A stretch of 64,000 nt of DNA, from assembly GCA_963814855.1 (NCBI GenBank), contig CAWFEL010000003.1:13619-77618 (forward strand). Reading direction: 5' to 3'. A program made the position numbers and the translations under genes. The stretch comes from an uncultured Acidobacteriota bacterium (GTDB lineage Bacteria; Acidobacteriota; Terriglobia; Acidiferrales; UBA7541). Positions 47,335 to 56,056 of this stretch are shown here, one piece after another (within the stretch, counting starts at the first letter, position 1; each line of letters starts with the position of its first letter). The notes beneath the pieces were generated by a model that worked only from the letters and a program-made list of their open reading frames with translations, did not search any database and was not told where the DNA came from.

Positions 47335-48755
47335 TCGGGTCCCCGGGACTTGAGCTGATTCACATCTTCCTGCTCGATTCGGTCCATTAATTGTTTCCGG
47401 CGTGTCAGATAATTCTTCACCGTCTGAGATGCCTCCACGGGAACAACTGCAAACTGGTTATACGCTGCGTCGCGCCAGGATATCGGGCCGCGGGTCGGAA
47501 TCAAATGCGTTCCCCATTGGAAGATCAGGCCCATATTCCAGAGCGCCAGGACCACCGTCGCGCTGGCGCAAATGATCTCGGCGCGCCGCTCCGTCCATGC
47601 GCTCCCCAGCCAATCGAAGAATGCTGCGAGTCCCAGCACATATATCGGCGTCAACGCAATGAAGTAGCGGTTTCCAAACGAAGAAAGTCCATCCCAGGAT
47701 TCGTAGCTACCGATCGTGTACAGAACCGCCGCGAAGACCAGAATCGAGTAGAACGCGAGCTCTCGATCGTGCCTCTTCAAGAAGTAGAGACCGAGGACAG
47801 CCGCGAACAAAATGGGGGTCCAGCTGAAAAGCCCGTGGTCGGCGGAAAAACACGCCTTAAGCAACCACGGGGACTTCCAGACCCAGAGATTCTCGTAGCC
47901 CGACTTGAAGTAACTCCCATAGATAATTCGCTTGGTCACCAAAGTTGGCAGAAATGCCGCAACAAGCGCAATCGCGAAGATCACATTCCCGATAAAAAGG
48001 CTCGCCATGGCCGGTGTCCCGCCGCTCTTACGCGCATTCCAATATCCCCGAAGCGATTCGAACAGCGGCATTAACAGTAGGACCCCGGTCACGTAGTAGA
48101 CGTCCATCATGAGTCCGCCAATCGCCCCGAGAAGGACCCATTGTCCCCACGTTCGCGCGCCGCGCGTGCGAATCCAGTACCAGAGAAAAAGCGCCACCAT
48201 GAAAGCCGAATGAGCATGGGACCACGACGGATTGAAATACATATACACCGGCAGCGAACTCGCGAACCAGATGCCAAGAGTGGCAAGAAAGGCCCAGCGC
48301 TCGGCAACATATTTTCGCGCCACCACAAAGGAAATCAGTAACGCGAGATACCCGTAGAGCGCCGTTCCCACCGCCATAGCCACTCGGTAAGGTTTGGAAA
48401 AACCATCGGCTGGAATCTGTCCACCCAAGCGGTCGAACAGGAGCACACCGCCGTGCGCCACGAGGAGAAATGGAAACCACAGAATCGCGGGTCCCACGGA
48501 AAAGTGATTGTCCAGGCGACCGGTGACGGTATATTCGTCCGGTGCGATGTTTCCTTGCGCGTCCGTGCGGCCCATTCGAAAACTGGCGTTGGCCGCCAGC
48601 CAATCCTTCGTGAAGTCCAGACGGTGTTCAATCAGAATGGACCGCGCAAAAGCGTAGTAGCCCACGCCATCACCGCGCACCCAGGGATTGCTGAGCGGCA
48701 GCGTGAGCACGAATATGACCAACAGAAGCGCTTCGTATTTCGTGAACCTACGCAA
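47331..48755 (-). CDS. GT-C-fold polytopic membrane glycosyltransferase (PMT_2/ArnT-like)
   Basis: 474 aa with more than 10 TM segments. The first loop reads NPWVRGDGVGYYAFARS. Overlaps wzm (ATGA-type coupling). Confidence 0.5.
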   Translation of the reverse strand: MRRFTKYEALLLVIFVLTLPLSNPWVRGDGVGYYAFARSILIEHRLDFTKDWLAANASFRMGRTDAQGNIAPDEYTVTGRLDNHFSVGPAILWFPFLLVAHGGVLLFDRLGGQIPADGFSKPYRVAMAVGTALYGYLALLISFVVARKYVAERWAFLATLGIWFASSLPVYMYFNPSWSHAHSAFMVALFLWYWIRTRGARTWGQWVLLGAIGGLMMDVYYVTGVLLLMPLFESLRGYWNARKSGGTPAMASLFIGNVIFAIALVAAFLPTLVTKRIIYGSYFKSGYENLWVWKSPWLLKACFSADHGLFSWTPILFAAVLGLYFLKRHDRELAFYSILVFAAVLYTIGSYESWDGLSSFGNRYFIALTPIYVLGLAAFFDWLGSAWTERRAEIICASATVVLALWNMGLIFQWGTHLIPTRGPISWRDAAYNQFAVVPVEASQTVKNYLTRRKQLMDRIEQEDVNQLKSRGPE

Positions 48756-48827
48756 GCGAGTTCCGCTTCCTCAACCGGCGCGCGCACCGGCTTTTGTGGT
48801 AAAGAATCAAGGCTTTCGCCACAACGG

Positions 48828-50405
48828 TTAGGCCGGCGCGGGCGCCGTCGAATTCGCGCGCCCCTCGACGTTTTCCTTCCGCAGTATCGCGATGATCGAA
48901 AGTGGCGGAAGCGGCAACCATGAGTCCACTAACCGGAAGAAGGGCGTCAAAATATTCAACAACCGTATCTGCCCGAGCCCGAATGTCTTTCGATGCAGGA
49001 CGCGCCCATTGAGCCACCACGCCGGGACGCCCGGTCGGTTGAACTTCAGCACGTGCTCGACGCGAAACCCGGCTTGTTCGGCCAAACCAACCAGCTGCTC
49101 GCGTGTATAGCGCCGGAAATGCCCCAGCACTTCGTCGAGGGTGCCATAGAGCCCCGGCCCGCACGGAACCAGAATGATGGCGCGGCCGCCATCGTCCAGT
49201 ACACTCCAAATGTTTTGCAACGCACTTAGATCGTCCTTCACGTGCTCGACAACATTGAGGCAAACGACGGTGTCGAAGGATTGCCCCGTCGGAAAAGTTT
49301 CGACGTCCACCGCATTCGTGTGCGCAACTCGCATGTATGGCCGCGTGGGGCGCAGCGTGACGAGATAGTCCAGATAGTGAGAGTTGACGTCGGTGGCCCA
49401 ATAGACCGACCGCGGCATCAGGTGAACCGACATATTGCCGGTGCCAGCACCCACTTCGAGAACGCGATCGCCGACGTAAGGCCGAATCACATCAGCCATC
49501 CAGCGCGTGAATCGAGGCGCCCGGTTTAGCCGTTCGAGAATTTCTCCGCCGCTTTCATCCTCGATGAAAATGCGATCTGACGCAGCGAAGCGCAGAATCG
49601 CCCACAGTGCGCGTGCGCCGTCAGTCCATCTAATCTTTTTCCCTTCTCCGTATGTGCGGCCCGAATAGCTGATCGGGACTTCAAAAATGCGGCTGCCTCG
49701 CTTGGCGAGCTTGATGGCCAGTTCCGGCTCGACGTCAAACGTGGAGCTTTCCAGCGGAATGCTTTTGAGCAGCTTCGTCCGCACCATTTTGTAGCAGGTT
49801 TCCATGTCGGTAAGGTTGAGATCGCAGACTAGATCGCAGAGGAAAGTCAGCAGTTTGTTTCCCAGCGCATGCCGGAAAAAGAGCGCGCGCTTGTACCCGC
49901 CGGATTGAAAACGCGAGCCAAAAACAGCGTCGGCGTCCTCGTACAGAAATACCTCGACCATTTTCAGCAGATCGCTCGGGTGATACTCCAGGTCGGCGTC
50001 GTGGATCACGACCAGCTCGGTATCTACCTGCGCGAGCCCTGTGCGAATCGCGGCTCCCTTGCCGCCATTTTTCTCGTGCCGCAACCAGATCCAGGCAAAT
50101 TTCGAGCCGCCGCGCGATTCGCGCGAATTCCGGAAACGAGCAATCGCATCCGCCGTGCCGTCGGACGAACCGTCGTCCACGACTATTACTTTTACCTGCT
50201 CCAGGAGCGATGATTCACCCAGCACCTCAAGCCGCGCGAGGCTTGCCTCAATCAGGAACTGCTCGTTGTACGCCGGGACGATTACTGAAAGAGTTGTGCT
50301 CGTGCGTGTCTTCGCCGGGACATCGCCCCAGACCGTTGCGGATCCGGTTATGGACTCCGGCGACGCCGCTTGCTTCGCACGGTCGGTTGAGGAAAGTGTG
50401 CTCAT
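48828..50405 (-). CDS. Bifunctional GT2 glycosyltransferase / class I SAM methyltransferase fusion
   Basis: The N-terminal part reads LSVIVPAYNEQ…VIVVDDGSSDGT…IHDADLEY (GT2). The C-terminal part reads VLEVGAGTGNMSVHL…FDTVVCLNVVEH…GGRAIILVP (MTase). Confidence 0.8.
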   Translation of the reverse strand: MSTLSSTDRAKQAASPESITGSATVWGDVPAKTRTSTTLSVIVPAYNEQFLIEASLARLEVLGESSLLEQVKVIVVDDGSSDGTADAIARFRNSRESRGGSKFAWIWLRHEKNGGKGAAIRTGLAQVDTELVVIHDADLEYHPSDLLKMVEVFLYEDADAVFGSRFQSGGYKRALFFRHALGNKLLTFLCDLVCDLNLTDMETCYKMVRTKLLKSIPLESSTFDVEPELAIKLAKRGSRIFEVPISYSGRTYGEGKKIRWTDGARALWAILRFAASDRIFIEDESGGEILERLNRAPRFTRWMADVIRPYVGDRVLEVGAGTGNMSVHLMPRSVYWATDVNSHYLDYLVTLRPTRPYMRVAHTNAVDVETFPTGQSFDTVVCLNVVEHVKDDLSALQNIWSVLDDGGRAIILVPCGPGLYGTLDEVLGHFRRYTREQLVGLAEQAGFRVEHVLKFNRPGVPAWWLNGRVLHRKTFGLGQIRLLNILTPFFRLVDSWLPLPPLSIIAILRKENVEGRANSTAPAPA

Positions 50406-50669
50406 CGTTTTATTGAGATGCAGGAATTAAGCTGGCCGGTCATCTGCCGCGCCTGCCTGTCGTTTAGCAGCTCGCGGATTGCAAAAAACCACCGCTAAAT
50501 AAGCCCATAATGACTATGGCTCAACGGATACGTAAGTGTCAATCGAGTGGTCGTACGATCGCGAAAACGGCTCGTTCGACGAGCTTAACTGCGTGGTGCT
50601 AAGATTGCGAACCCGAGGCGCGGCGGGTGTCGAGCGGCGCCAGGGAATTGGATCATTATTACATCGAGG

Positions 50670-51905
50670 ATGAACTTGACCTCCGGAAATGCCCCTCGGC
50701 TAAGACACGACAACAGTCTACCTCTTGGCCCCGACGTATCTCGAGCACACGCGGACGCGACGATCGAGCTTTCCGTTGTGATGCCTTGCCTGAATGAGAG
50801 CCGCACGCTCGGAATTTGCGTGAAGAAGGCCTTGGACACCATCAAGCGTCTGGGGATCCGTGGGGAAGTGATCGTCGCGGACAATGGCAGCACCGACGGC
50901 TCGCAGTCTCTCGCAGAAGATCTCGGCGCACGCGTCGTGCCTATCGTGTCGCGCGGGTACGGCAGCGCGCTCCGCGGCGGGATCGCTGCGGCCCGTGGAA
51001 AATTCGTCATCATGGGAGACTCCGACGACAGCTATGACTTTACTCAGCTTGGCGATTTCGTCAGTAAGCTAAGAGAAGGCACCGATCTCGTCATGGGAAA
51101 TCGCTTTCAGGGAGGAATCCGCCCTGACGCTATGCCATTTCTGCACCGTTACGTCGGAAACCCGTTCTTGAGCTGGCTCGGGCGGCTATTTTTTGGCTGC
51201 CCAGTCGGCGATTTTCAGTGCGGTCTGCGCGGTTTTCGAAAGGACGCTATAGACAAGTTGGAACTCCAAACCACCGGGATGGAGTTTTCAACGGAGATGG
51301 TCGTCAAGGCGACCCTCTTCGAGTTACGAATTGCTGAGATCCCCACGATTCTTTCGCCGGACGGTCGCGACCGCGCGCCGCACCTCCGAACCTGGCGCGA
51401 TGGGTGGCGCTACCTCCGCTTTCTCCTGCTATACAGCCCTCGATGGCTATTTCTGTATCCGGGCATCGCGCTATTCCTTTTCGGAATCGCGGTCACACTG
51501 TGGCTCCTTCCAGCGCCTCGAACGATCGGAGCCGCGACGTTTGATTACCACACACTCCTTTTCGGCGCTATGTCCGTCTTGATCGGCTTTCAATCCATCA
51601 ATTTCGCCGTATTCACTAAGTTTTTCGCCATCACGGAGCATTTGCTGCCAGAAGATCCTCGCCTGAACAAAGCCTTCCGCTACGTGACGCTCGAAACGGG
51701 CTTGATACTCGGCATGCTCCTGATCCTGGCCGGAGCAGGCACGTGGGTTTTCGGCCTCAGCTACTGGCGCAGCCACCATTTCGGTGCGCTCGATCCCGAC
51801 AAGACGCTTCGGATCGTCATTCCGGGCTTTGTGGCACTGACGTTGGGAATCCAGATCGTGCTGTCGAGTTTTTTCGTCAGCGTGCTCGGCATGGGCCGCC
51901 GGTGA
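50670..51905 (+). CDS. GT2 glycosyltransferase with a C-terminal 4-TM domain (polyprenyl-phosphate glycosyl synthase-like, GtrB/ArnC type)
   Basis: LSVVMPCLNESRTL…VIVADNGSTDGS…IMGDSDDSYDF, followed by hydrophobic segments (LFLYPGIALFLFGIAVTLWLL etc). Confidence 0.7.
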   Translation: MNLTSGNAPRLRHDNSLPLGPDVSRAHADATIELSVVMPCLNESRTLGICVKKALDTIKRLGIRGEVIVADNGSTDGSQSLAEDLGARVVPIVSRGYGSALRGGIAAARGKFVIMGDSDDSYDFTQLGDFVSKLREGTDLVMGNRFQGGIRPDAMPFLHRYVGNPFLSWLGRLFFGCPVGDFQCGLRGFRKDAIDKLELQTTGMEFSTEMVVKATLFELRIAEIPTILSPDGRDRAPHLRTWRDGWRYLRFLLLYSPRWLFLYPGIALFLFGIAVTLWLLPAPRTIGAATFDYHTLLFGAMSVLIGFQSINFAVFTKFFAITEHLLPEDPRLNKAFRYVTLETGLILGMLLILAGAGTWVFGLSYWRSHHFGALDPDKTLRIVIPGFVALTLGIQIVLSSFFVSVLGMGRR

Positions 51906-52600
51906 AAACCGTTACGGATTTCGATCTTCACGCGAATTCCTACGACCGCGAGCTCGGCGAAGCGTTGGCTGTATTCGGCGAAGACCGCGAGTATTTTGCG
52001 CGCGGCAGAGTAAAGCAACTTGCGGAGCGTATTCAGCAAATGGGCCTGGTTCCAGCTCATCTGATGGATTTCGGGTGCGGAACGGGGGCGACCGCGCCGA
52101 TTTTGCTCAAGATTTTCGGCGCCGAATCCGCGATTGGTCTGGACACCTCGCAGCGTTCTCTCGATGTCGCAAAGCAGCATTATGGGTCTGAGCGGATCGA
52201 TTTCCTGCCAGTGCAAGAGTATGCGCCCGCCGGCGCTCTCGACCTCGCGTACTGCAACGGGGTCTTTCATCACATTCCACCAGCAGATCGAGGAGCCGCT
52301 CTTCGTCTGGTATGGGATTCCCTCCGGCCAGGCGGAATCTTTTCCTTCTGGGAGAACAATCCCTGGAATCCGGGAACCCGTTACATGATGGCGCACTGCG
52401 CGTTCGATGAGGACGCGGAGACGATTACTCCCCTGGAAGCTCGCGCAACGCTCCGCGCCGCAGGTTTCGAGATTCTAAGAACCGATTTCGCTTTCGTGTT
52501 TCCTCGAATTCTCAGCATCTTACGACCTCTCGAGAAACTGGCCCGCCACCTGCCAATCGGCGCGCAGTACCAGGTGCTTTGTCAGAAACCGTTGGGGTAG
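51902..52600 (+). CDS. Class I SAM-dependent methyltransferase
   Basis: GTG 51902 overlaps the upstream stop (GTGA). Contains HLMDFGCGTGATAPIL, LAYCNGVFHH and LRPGGIFSFWE. The N-terminal 53 codons of the track ORF 51743..52600 overlap the GT2 gene. Confidence 0.75.
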   Translation: MKTVTDFDLHANSYDRELGEALAVFGEDREYFARGRVKQLAERIQQMGLVPAHLMDFGCGTGATAPILLKIFGAESAIGLDTSQRSLDVAKQHYGSERIDFLPVQEYAPAGALDLAYCNGVFHHIPPADRGAALRLVWDSLRPGGIFSFWENNPWNPGTRYMMAHCAFDEDAETITPLEARATLRAAGFEILRTDFAFVFPRILSILRPLEKLARHLPIGAQYQVLCQKPLG

Positions 52601-52682
52601 CAAGTCGGATGCCGGAGGAACGACAGGGGGTCCGGACGTATCTGCAAGTTTTCTTCGGGTGCGGGTGAGGCGGCCGGTCTTC

Positions 52683-53681
52683 CTAATCGGAAGCGGATGC
52701 AGACAGCAACGTCGCGTCAGTTTTCCTCTGGAAGTGGGCCACCACTCGATCAACAATCTCCGTAAGCGGAGTCGCTGGCCGAAAACCAGTAAGCTTCTGG
52801 AGCTTCGCGAGCGCGGGCACACGGCGCTGCATGTCCTCAAAGCCAGGCTCGTATGCCTGATCGTAGGGAATGTAAGTGATGGCCGATTCGCTCCTCGTGC
52901 GCTTCTTCACGATTTGCGCCAGACCTTCGATCGAGATTTCTTCATCGCTGCCGACATTGACCACTTCGCCGACGGCGCATTCGGTTCCAACCAGCCTCAG
53001 AATTGATTCAATCGTATCGCGCACATCGCAGAAGCAGCGAGATTGCTGGCCGGTCCCGAAAACAGTAATGGGCGCGCCATCCAGTGCCTGGCGCACGAAG
53101 TTTGGTAGCACCATCCCGTACCGCCCGACCTGCCTTGGACCCACGGTGTTGAACAGTCGAACCACGATCACGGGCTGTTGCCGTTCCTTCCAGTACGACA
53201 GCGCGAGAAACTCATCGAGTGCTTTCGAGGCGGCATAGCTCCAGCGGCTCATGGTCGTTGCGCCGAGTACCAGATCGGCGTCCTCATGAAAAGGTACTTT
53301 GTCGCTTTTGCCGTAAACTTCCGAAGTCGAGGCCGTCACCACCAGCTTTTTCTTTTTCGACGCTGCGTCAAGTACGAGTTGAGTGCCGAAGACGTTTGTT
53401 TCGAGCGTCCGCACGGGGCTCTCGACAATCAGGCGCACTCCCACTGCGGCCGCCAGGTGAAACACGATCTCCGACTCATCCACGAGTTCAGCCAGAAGCT
53501 GTTTGTTCGTGATCGAATCAAAGAAATAATGGAAGCGTTCGTGCGTCTTCAAGTGGCGGATATTCTCCACGCTGCCGGTGGAAAGATCGTCGAGGATGAA
53601 TACTTCATCGCCGCGCTTCAGCAGCGCTTCCGCCAGATGCGACCCGATAAATCCCGCTCCGCCAGTGATCAAGTGACGCAC
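52683..53681 (-). CDS. Extended-SDR NAD-dependent epimerase/dehydratase
   Basis: MRHLITGGAGFIGSHLAEAL; STSEVYG; YAASK. Confidence 0.8.
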   Translation of the reverse strand: MRHLITGGAGFIGSHLAEALLKRGDEVFILDDLSTGSVENIRHLKTHERFHYFFDSITNKQLLAELVDESEIVFHLAAAVGVRLIVESPVRTLETNVFGTQLVLDAASKKKKLVVTASTSEVYGKSDKVPFHEDADLVLGATTMSRWSYAASKALDEFLALSYWKERQQPVIVVRLFNTVGPRQVGRYGMVLPNFVRQALDGAPITVFGTGQQSRCFCDVRDTIESILRLVGTECAVGEVVNVGSDEEISIEGLAQIVKKRTRSESAITYIPYDQAYEPGFEDMQRRVPALAKLQKLTGFRPATPLTEIVDRVVAHFQRKTDATLLSASASD

Positions 53682-53690
53682 AATCGCCTC

Positions 53691-56024
53691 CTAGCTCGAA
53701 GACCTGTCGTTTTCGTTCGGCCCGGCTGGAAATTGTGGCGTTTTCGCGACGTCTTCCCCATATCCATATCCATACGCATACGGATAGTAGCGATACGAGT
53801 AGTAATAATCGGGCGCGCTCGAGTCCACGGCGTTCAAAACGACGCCCAGCAAACGGCTCTTTACCGCTGCAAGCAAATCCCTGCTGCGCGTGAAAGCCTC
53901 TTTCGGCGTTTCTCCGCTTCGCACCACCAGCAGCACTCCGTCGGTCAAGGCGGAAAGAATCACGGCATCCGTCGCCGCCATGATCGGCGGCGAATCAATC
54001 ACAATGAACTTGAACCGCCGCCTCACTTCATCAATCGCATCCCGCATCCGGTGGGACGAGAGCAAGTCCGCGGGACTTGGCGGCACCGGGCCAGTTGTCA
54101 GCGCCGAAAGGTTGCTGATCGTGGGATGGGCCAAAATTGCCTCGTCCAGCGTGCAAACACCTGCGAGATAAGAGCTCAAGCCCAGCTCTTTGCCAATCGT
54201 GAGATTCATCGCGCGCCGAATTCCGGGCTTGCGCAAGTCGGAGTCCATCAGGAGCGTGCGATCGCCCAATTGCGCGAGCGTCACCGCCAGATTCACCGCC
54301 GCGGTCGTTTTTCCTTCTCGTGGCAACGCGCTCGTCACCAGGATCACCTGGGGCGGATGCTCGGCCTGGGAGAGCAGCAGTGACGTTCGCAGCGCCCGAA
54401 AGGCCTCCGAAATTTGCGACTTCGGCTGGAGGTAGGAGAGCAATTCCACACGCGGTCCTGTGCCTGCTTGAGGAATCGGATCACGAGAGGGCCACGAAAA
54501 CCGGCTGTGGTGTCCCGCCAATCCCGGCAGCGAAGGAACCACAGCCAGCGACGGAAGACCGGTCAGCGCCTCAATGTCGTCCGGCGATTTGACGGTGTTA
54601 TCGAGATACTCCCGGAAGATCGCCAGGCCAATTCCTCCAACAAGCCCAACCAGAAACGCCAGCAGGATATTGCGGGACTTTTGCGGCCGCGACGGGCCTG
54701 AGGGCACCAGCGCGGGGTCCACCGAGTGAATGTTGCTCGAGCGTAGACCCACCGAAATCGTGGCTTCTTTTAATTTTTGCAGCAAGCCATCGTACAGTTG
54801 CTTGTTCGCTTCGGCATCGTGTTCCAGTATGTGGTACTGCACCAGCTTTTCGGCCAGGTCGTTTGCTTCCGCCTTCTGCTTGTCAAGCGAGTCCTGCAGG
54901 ATATCAACATGGGTGCGGGATGTGTTGTATTCCTCTTGAATGCTCTCGACCATCGTCTTTTGGGCGCTTGCCAAATCGTCGGCCACTTCTTTCTGTTGTG
55001 CCGCCAGACGCTGCACCTTGGGGAAATTCGGCCCGTACTGGCTTATCGCGTCGGTATAGGCGGCGTCCGTCTCCGATTTCCGCTTGAGCAAGTCCTGGAT
55101 TACCGCGTTTTCGCGCGCGGCCGGCAGGGCATCCACGTTTCCTGACTGCGCCATGCGGTACTGAGCTTCCTTCTCGGCCATCCCGGTTTGCGCTTCTGTC
55201 ACGGCTTTGCTCAGGTCCGCCAGCTTCTCCGTCGTGATGTCCTGTTTCTCATCAATTTGCCAAATTTGGTTTTGTCGTTCGTACGCCAGGCGGGCGTCTT
55301 CGGATTTTTCGACCTTAATCCGAAGTTCTTCCAGTTCCGAGGATAGCCAATTCGAAGCCTGGGTCGTCGCGTCGTACTTGCTTCGGAAATTTTGTTCGAT
55401 GTAGTTCTGTATATGCGCATTCACGATTTGCGCCGCAAGCTGCGGATCCTGGGCTTCGAATCTCACCTCGATCAGGCGAGTGTTAGGCACGCGCTTCACA
55501 CCGAGGCCACCGAGAAATGCACTCAGGATCGCTGGGCGCCTCGATCCGGCGCCTCCCTGTCCGGACGCCAGTGCATTCGGCCCGCCTCCGAACTCGGGAT
55601 ATCTACCCAGATCGAGTGACTTGATTGTTTGAAAGGCTAGCGTCTCACTTTGTAAAATCTTCGTTTGGGTCTCGAGGTAGCTGTCCATGTCAACGTATTC
55701 GTCATATGCATTCTCGTCCTGGAAGGGGAGCGTGTTTTGGGAGGATTCCTTGTCAACTTCCACGCGCGCCGCGGCTTCGTAAACGGGCTTCATCTTGAAG
55801 GACGCAATCGTTACGACGGTCACTACGGTGAGAAGAAATGTGAGAATCAACCACTGATGCTTCCGAAGTACGACCAGGTAGTCAAGCAGGTGTGGTTCCC
55901 GGGGCATCTGGTCCCAGGGAAGAACGGAAGGCGCCGGAATCACGGCTAGCGACTCTCCAGCTTTCCGCTCGCGTATGGCGAATCTGGATGCGTCTTCCAT
56001 CGGACCCACTGGCTCACCCCACAA
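53691..56024 (-). CDS. wzc: Wzc/GumC-like polysaccharide co-polymerase fused to a BY (tyrosine) autokinase
   Basis: A Wzz-like N-terminal domain with TM segments and a long coiled-coil. The kinase part carries SALPREGKTTAAVNLA (Walker A), LLMDSDLRKP (A') and FIVIDSPP (B). The Tyr-rich tail reads DYYYSYRYYPYAYGYGYG. Confidence 0.85.
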   Translation of the reverse strand: MWGEPVGPMEDASRFAIRERKAGESLAVIPAPSVLPWDQMPREPHLLDYLVVLRKHQWLILTFLLTVVTVVTIASFKMKPVYEAAARVEVDKESSQNTLPFQDENAYDEYVDMDSYLETQTKILQSETLAFQTIKSLDLGRYPEFGGGPNALASGQGGAGSRRPAILSAFLGGLGVKRVPNTRLIEVRFEAQDPQLAAQIVNAHIQNYIEQNFRSKYDATTQASNWLSSELEELRIKVEKSEDARLAYERQNQIWQIDEKQDITTEKLADLSKAVTEAQTGMAEKEAQYRMAQSGNVDALPAARENAVIQDLLKRKSETDAAYTDAISQYGPNFPKVQRLAAQQKEVADDLASAQKTMVESIQEEYNTSRTHVDILQDSLDKQKAEANDLAEKLVQYHILEHDAEANKQLYDGLLQKLKEATISVGLRSSNIHSVDPALVPSGPSRPQKSRNILLAFLVGLVGGIGLAIFREYLDNTVKSPDDIEALTGLPSLAVVPSLPGLAGHHSRFSWPSRDPIPQAGTGPRVELLSYLQPKSQISEAFRALRTSLLLSQAEHPPQVILVTSALPREGKTTAAVNLAVTLAQLGDRTLLMDSDLRKPGIRRAMNLTIGKELGLSSYLAGVCTLDEAILAHPTISNLSALTTGPVPPSPADLLSSHRMRDAIDEVRRRFKFIVIDSPPIMAATDAVILSALTDGVLLVVRSGETPKEAFTRSRDLLAAVKSRLLGVVLNAVDSSAPDYYYSYRYYPYAYGYGYGEDVAKTPQFPAGPNENDRSSS

Positions 56025-56056
56025 TCAAATCAAACCGCATCCACACGCGCTAAAAC

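Noticed and set aside
53750-53800. Microsatellite-like ccatat/ccatac repeats
   Set aside because: They are the antisense image of the Tyr-codon cluster encoding the Wzc C-terminal tail. This is a coding feature, not an independent DNA repeat.
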